64,000 nucleotides of DNA from Terriglobales bacterium (lineage in GTDB: Bacteria > Acidobacteriota > Terriglobia > Terriglobales > SCQP01): the NCBI GenBank assembly GCA_035531375.1, contig DATKSZ010000017.1, positions 2,017-66,016 of the forward strand, in the 5' to 3' direction. Every line of letters starts with the position of its first letter. The stretch's first letter is position 1. A model generated the notes under the pieces. The model had not been told where the DNA came from and did no database searches. It saw only the letters and a program-made list of their open reading frames with translations. Of the stretch, positions 63,787 to 64,000 are shown piece after piece. Position numbers and translations under genes: made by a program.

Positions 63787-64000
63787 ATGCCCAAGGAAGA
63801 AAAGGTTTCATCGGGCGCCGCGGAGGGAGCCCGGAGGGCGACCGGAGCGGCGCCCGATGAAGGAGGAGGCCGCCCCCGTGGGCGCTGGTCCTCGAAACGC
63901 AAAATGGCGGTGATCACCGAGTTGATCCGAGGTGCGGACCTGGAGCAGCTCAGCCGGCGTCATGGCATCACCGCCGCCACCATCAGCGATTGGCGCGACG
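63787..64000 (+). mobile_element. IS3-family-like transposase OrfA (HTH), 5' part; continues past the right edge
   Basis: The ATG follows GGGAG by 7 nt. My translation is MPKEEKVSSGAAEGARRATGAAPDEGGGRPRGRWSSKRKMAVITELIRGADLEQLSRRHGITAATISDWRD, the typical RRWS..K...V.E.L.G.....L.R..GI....I..WR pattern. Absent from the ORF track because it is open-ended. Confidence 0.55.

Overview
GC-rich bacterial chromosomal window. The gene content looks acidobacterial (inference): PadR plus a duplicated FtsX-type permease, a CarboxypepD_reg-type TonB-dependent receptor, three ~1100-aa sortilin/BNR-repeat proteins, and a PEP-CTERM protein. I support about 45 protein genes. These include an OMF-RND-MFP efflux operon, ribD-ribE, deoC, proS, PBP1A, an M16 peptidase pair, oligopeptidase B, a penicillin-acylase-family protein, a two-domain cupredoxin, GGDEF, AraC and CadC-like regulators, VapBC and three radical-SAM-type enzymes. 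There are also tRNA-Gly(CCC), tRNA-Thr(CGT) and decayed IS256-like and IS3-like elements at the right edge. Most long ORFs antisense to these genes are GC-driven shadow ORFs. The main structure not explained by genes is repetitive DNA. (1) A ~200-300 bp modular multi-hairpin intergenic element (R1) occurs 8 times, always in the same orientation. Five copies lie in the last 6.2 kb, where they separate single genes or gene pairs in a cassette-like way. One copy sits at a deletion junction inside an IS256-like transposase remnant, and another is fused to the 5' end of an EamA transporter gene. (2) A REP-like palindromic unit (R2) occurs as co-oriented singletons and as a 78-bp-period tandem array between an M16 peptidase gene and a B12-radical-SAM gene. 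Other notable points are two genes interrupted by single in-frame TAG codons, a heptanucleotide microsatellite, a near-perfect 234-bp intragenic duplication, and an Fe-S enzyme with an atypical CX8CX2C motif. All family assignments come from motif recognition by eye. No database search was possible.
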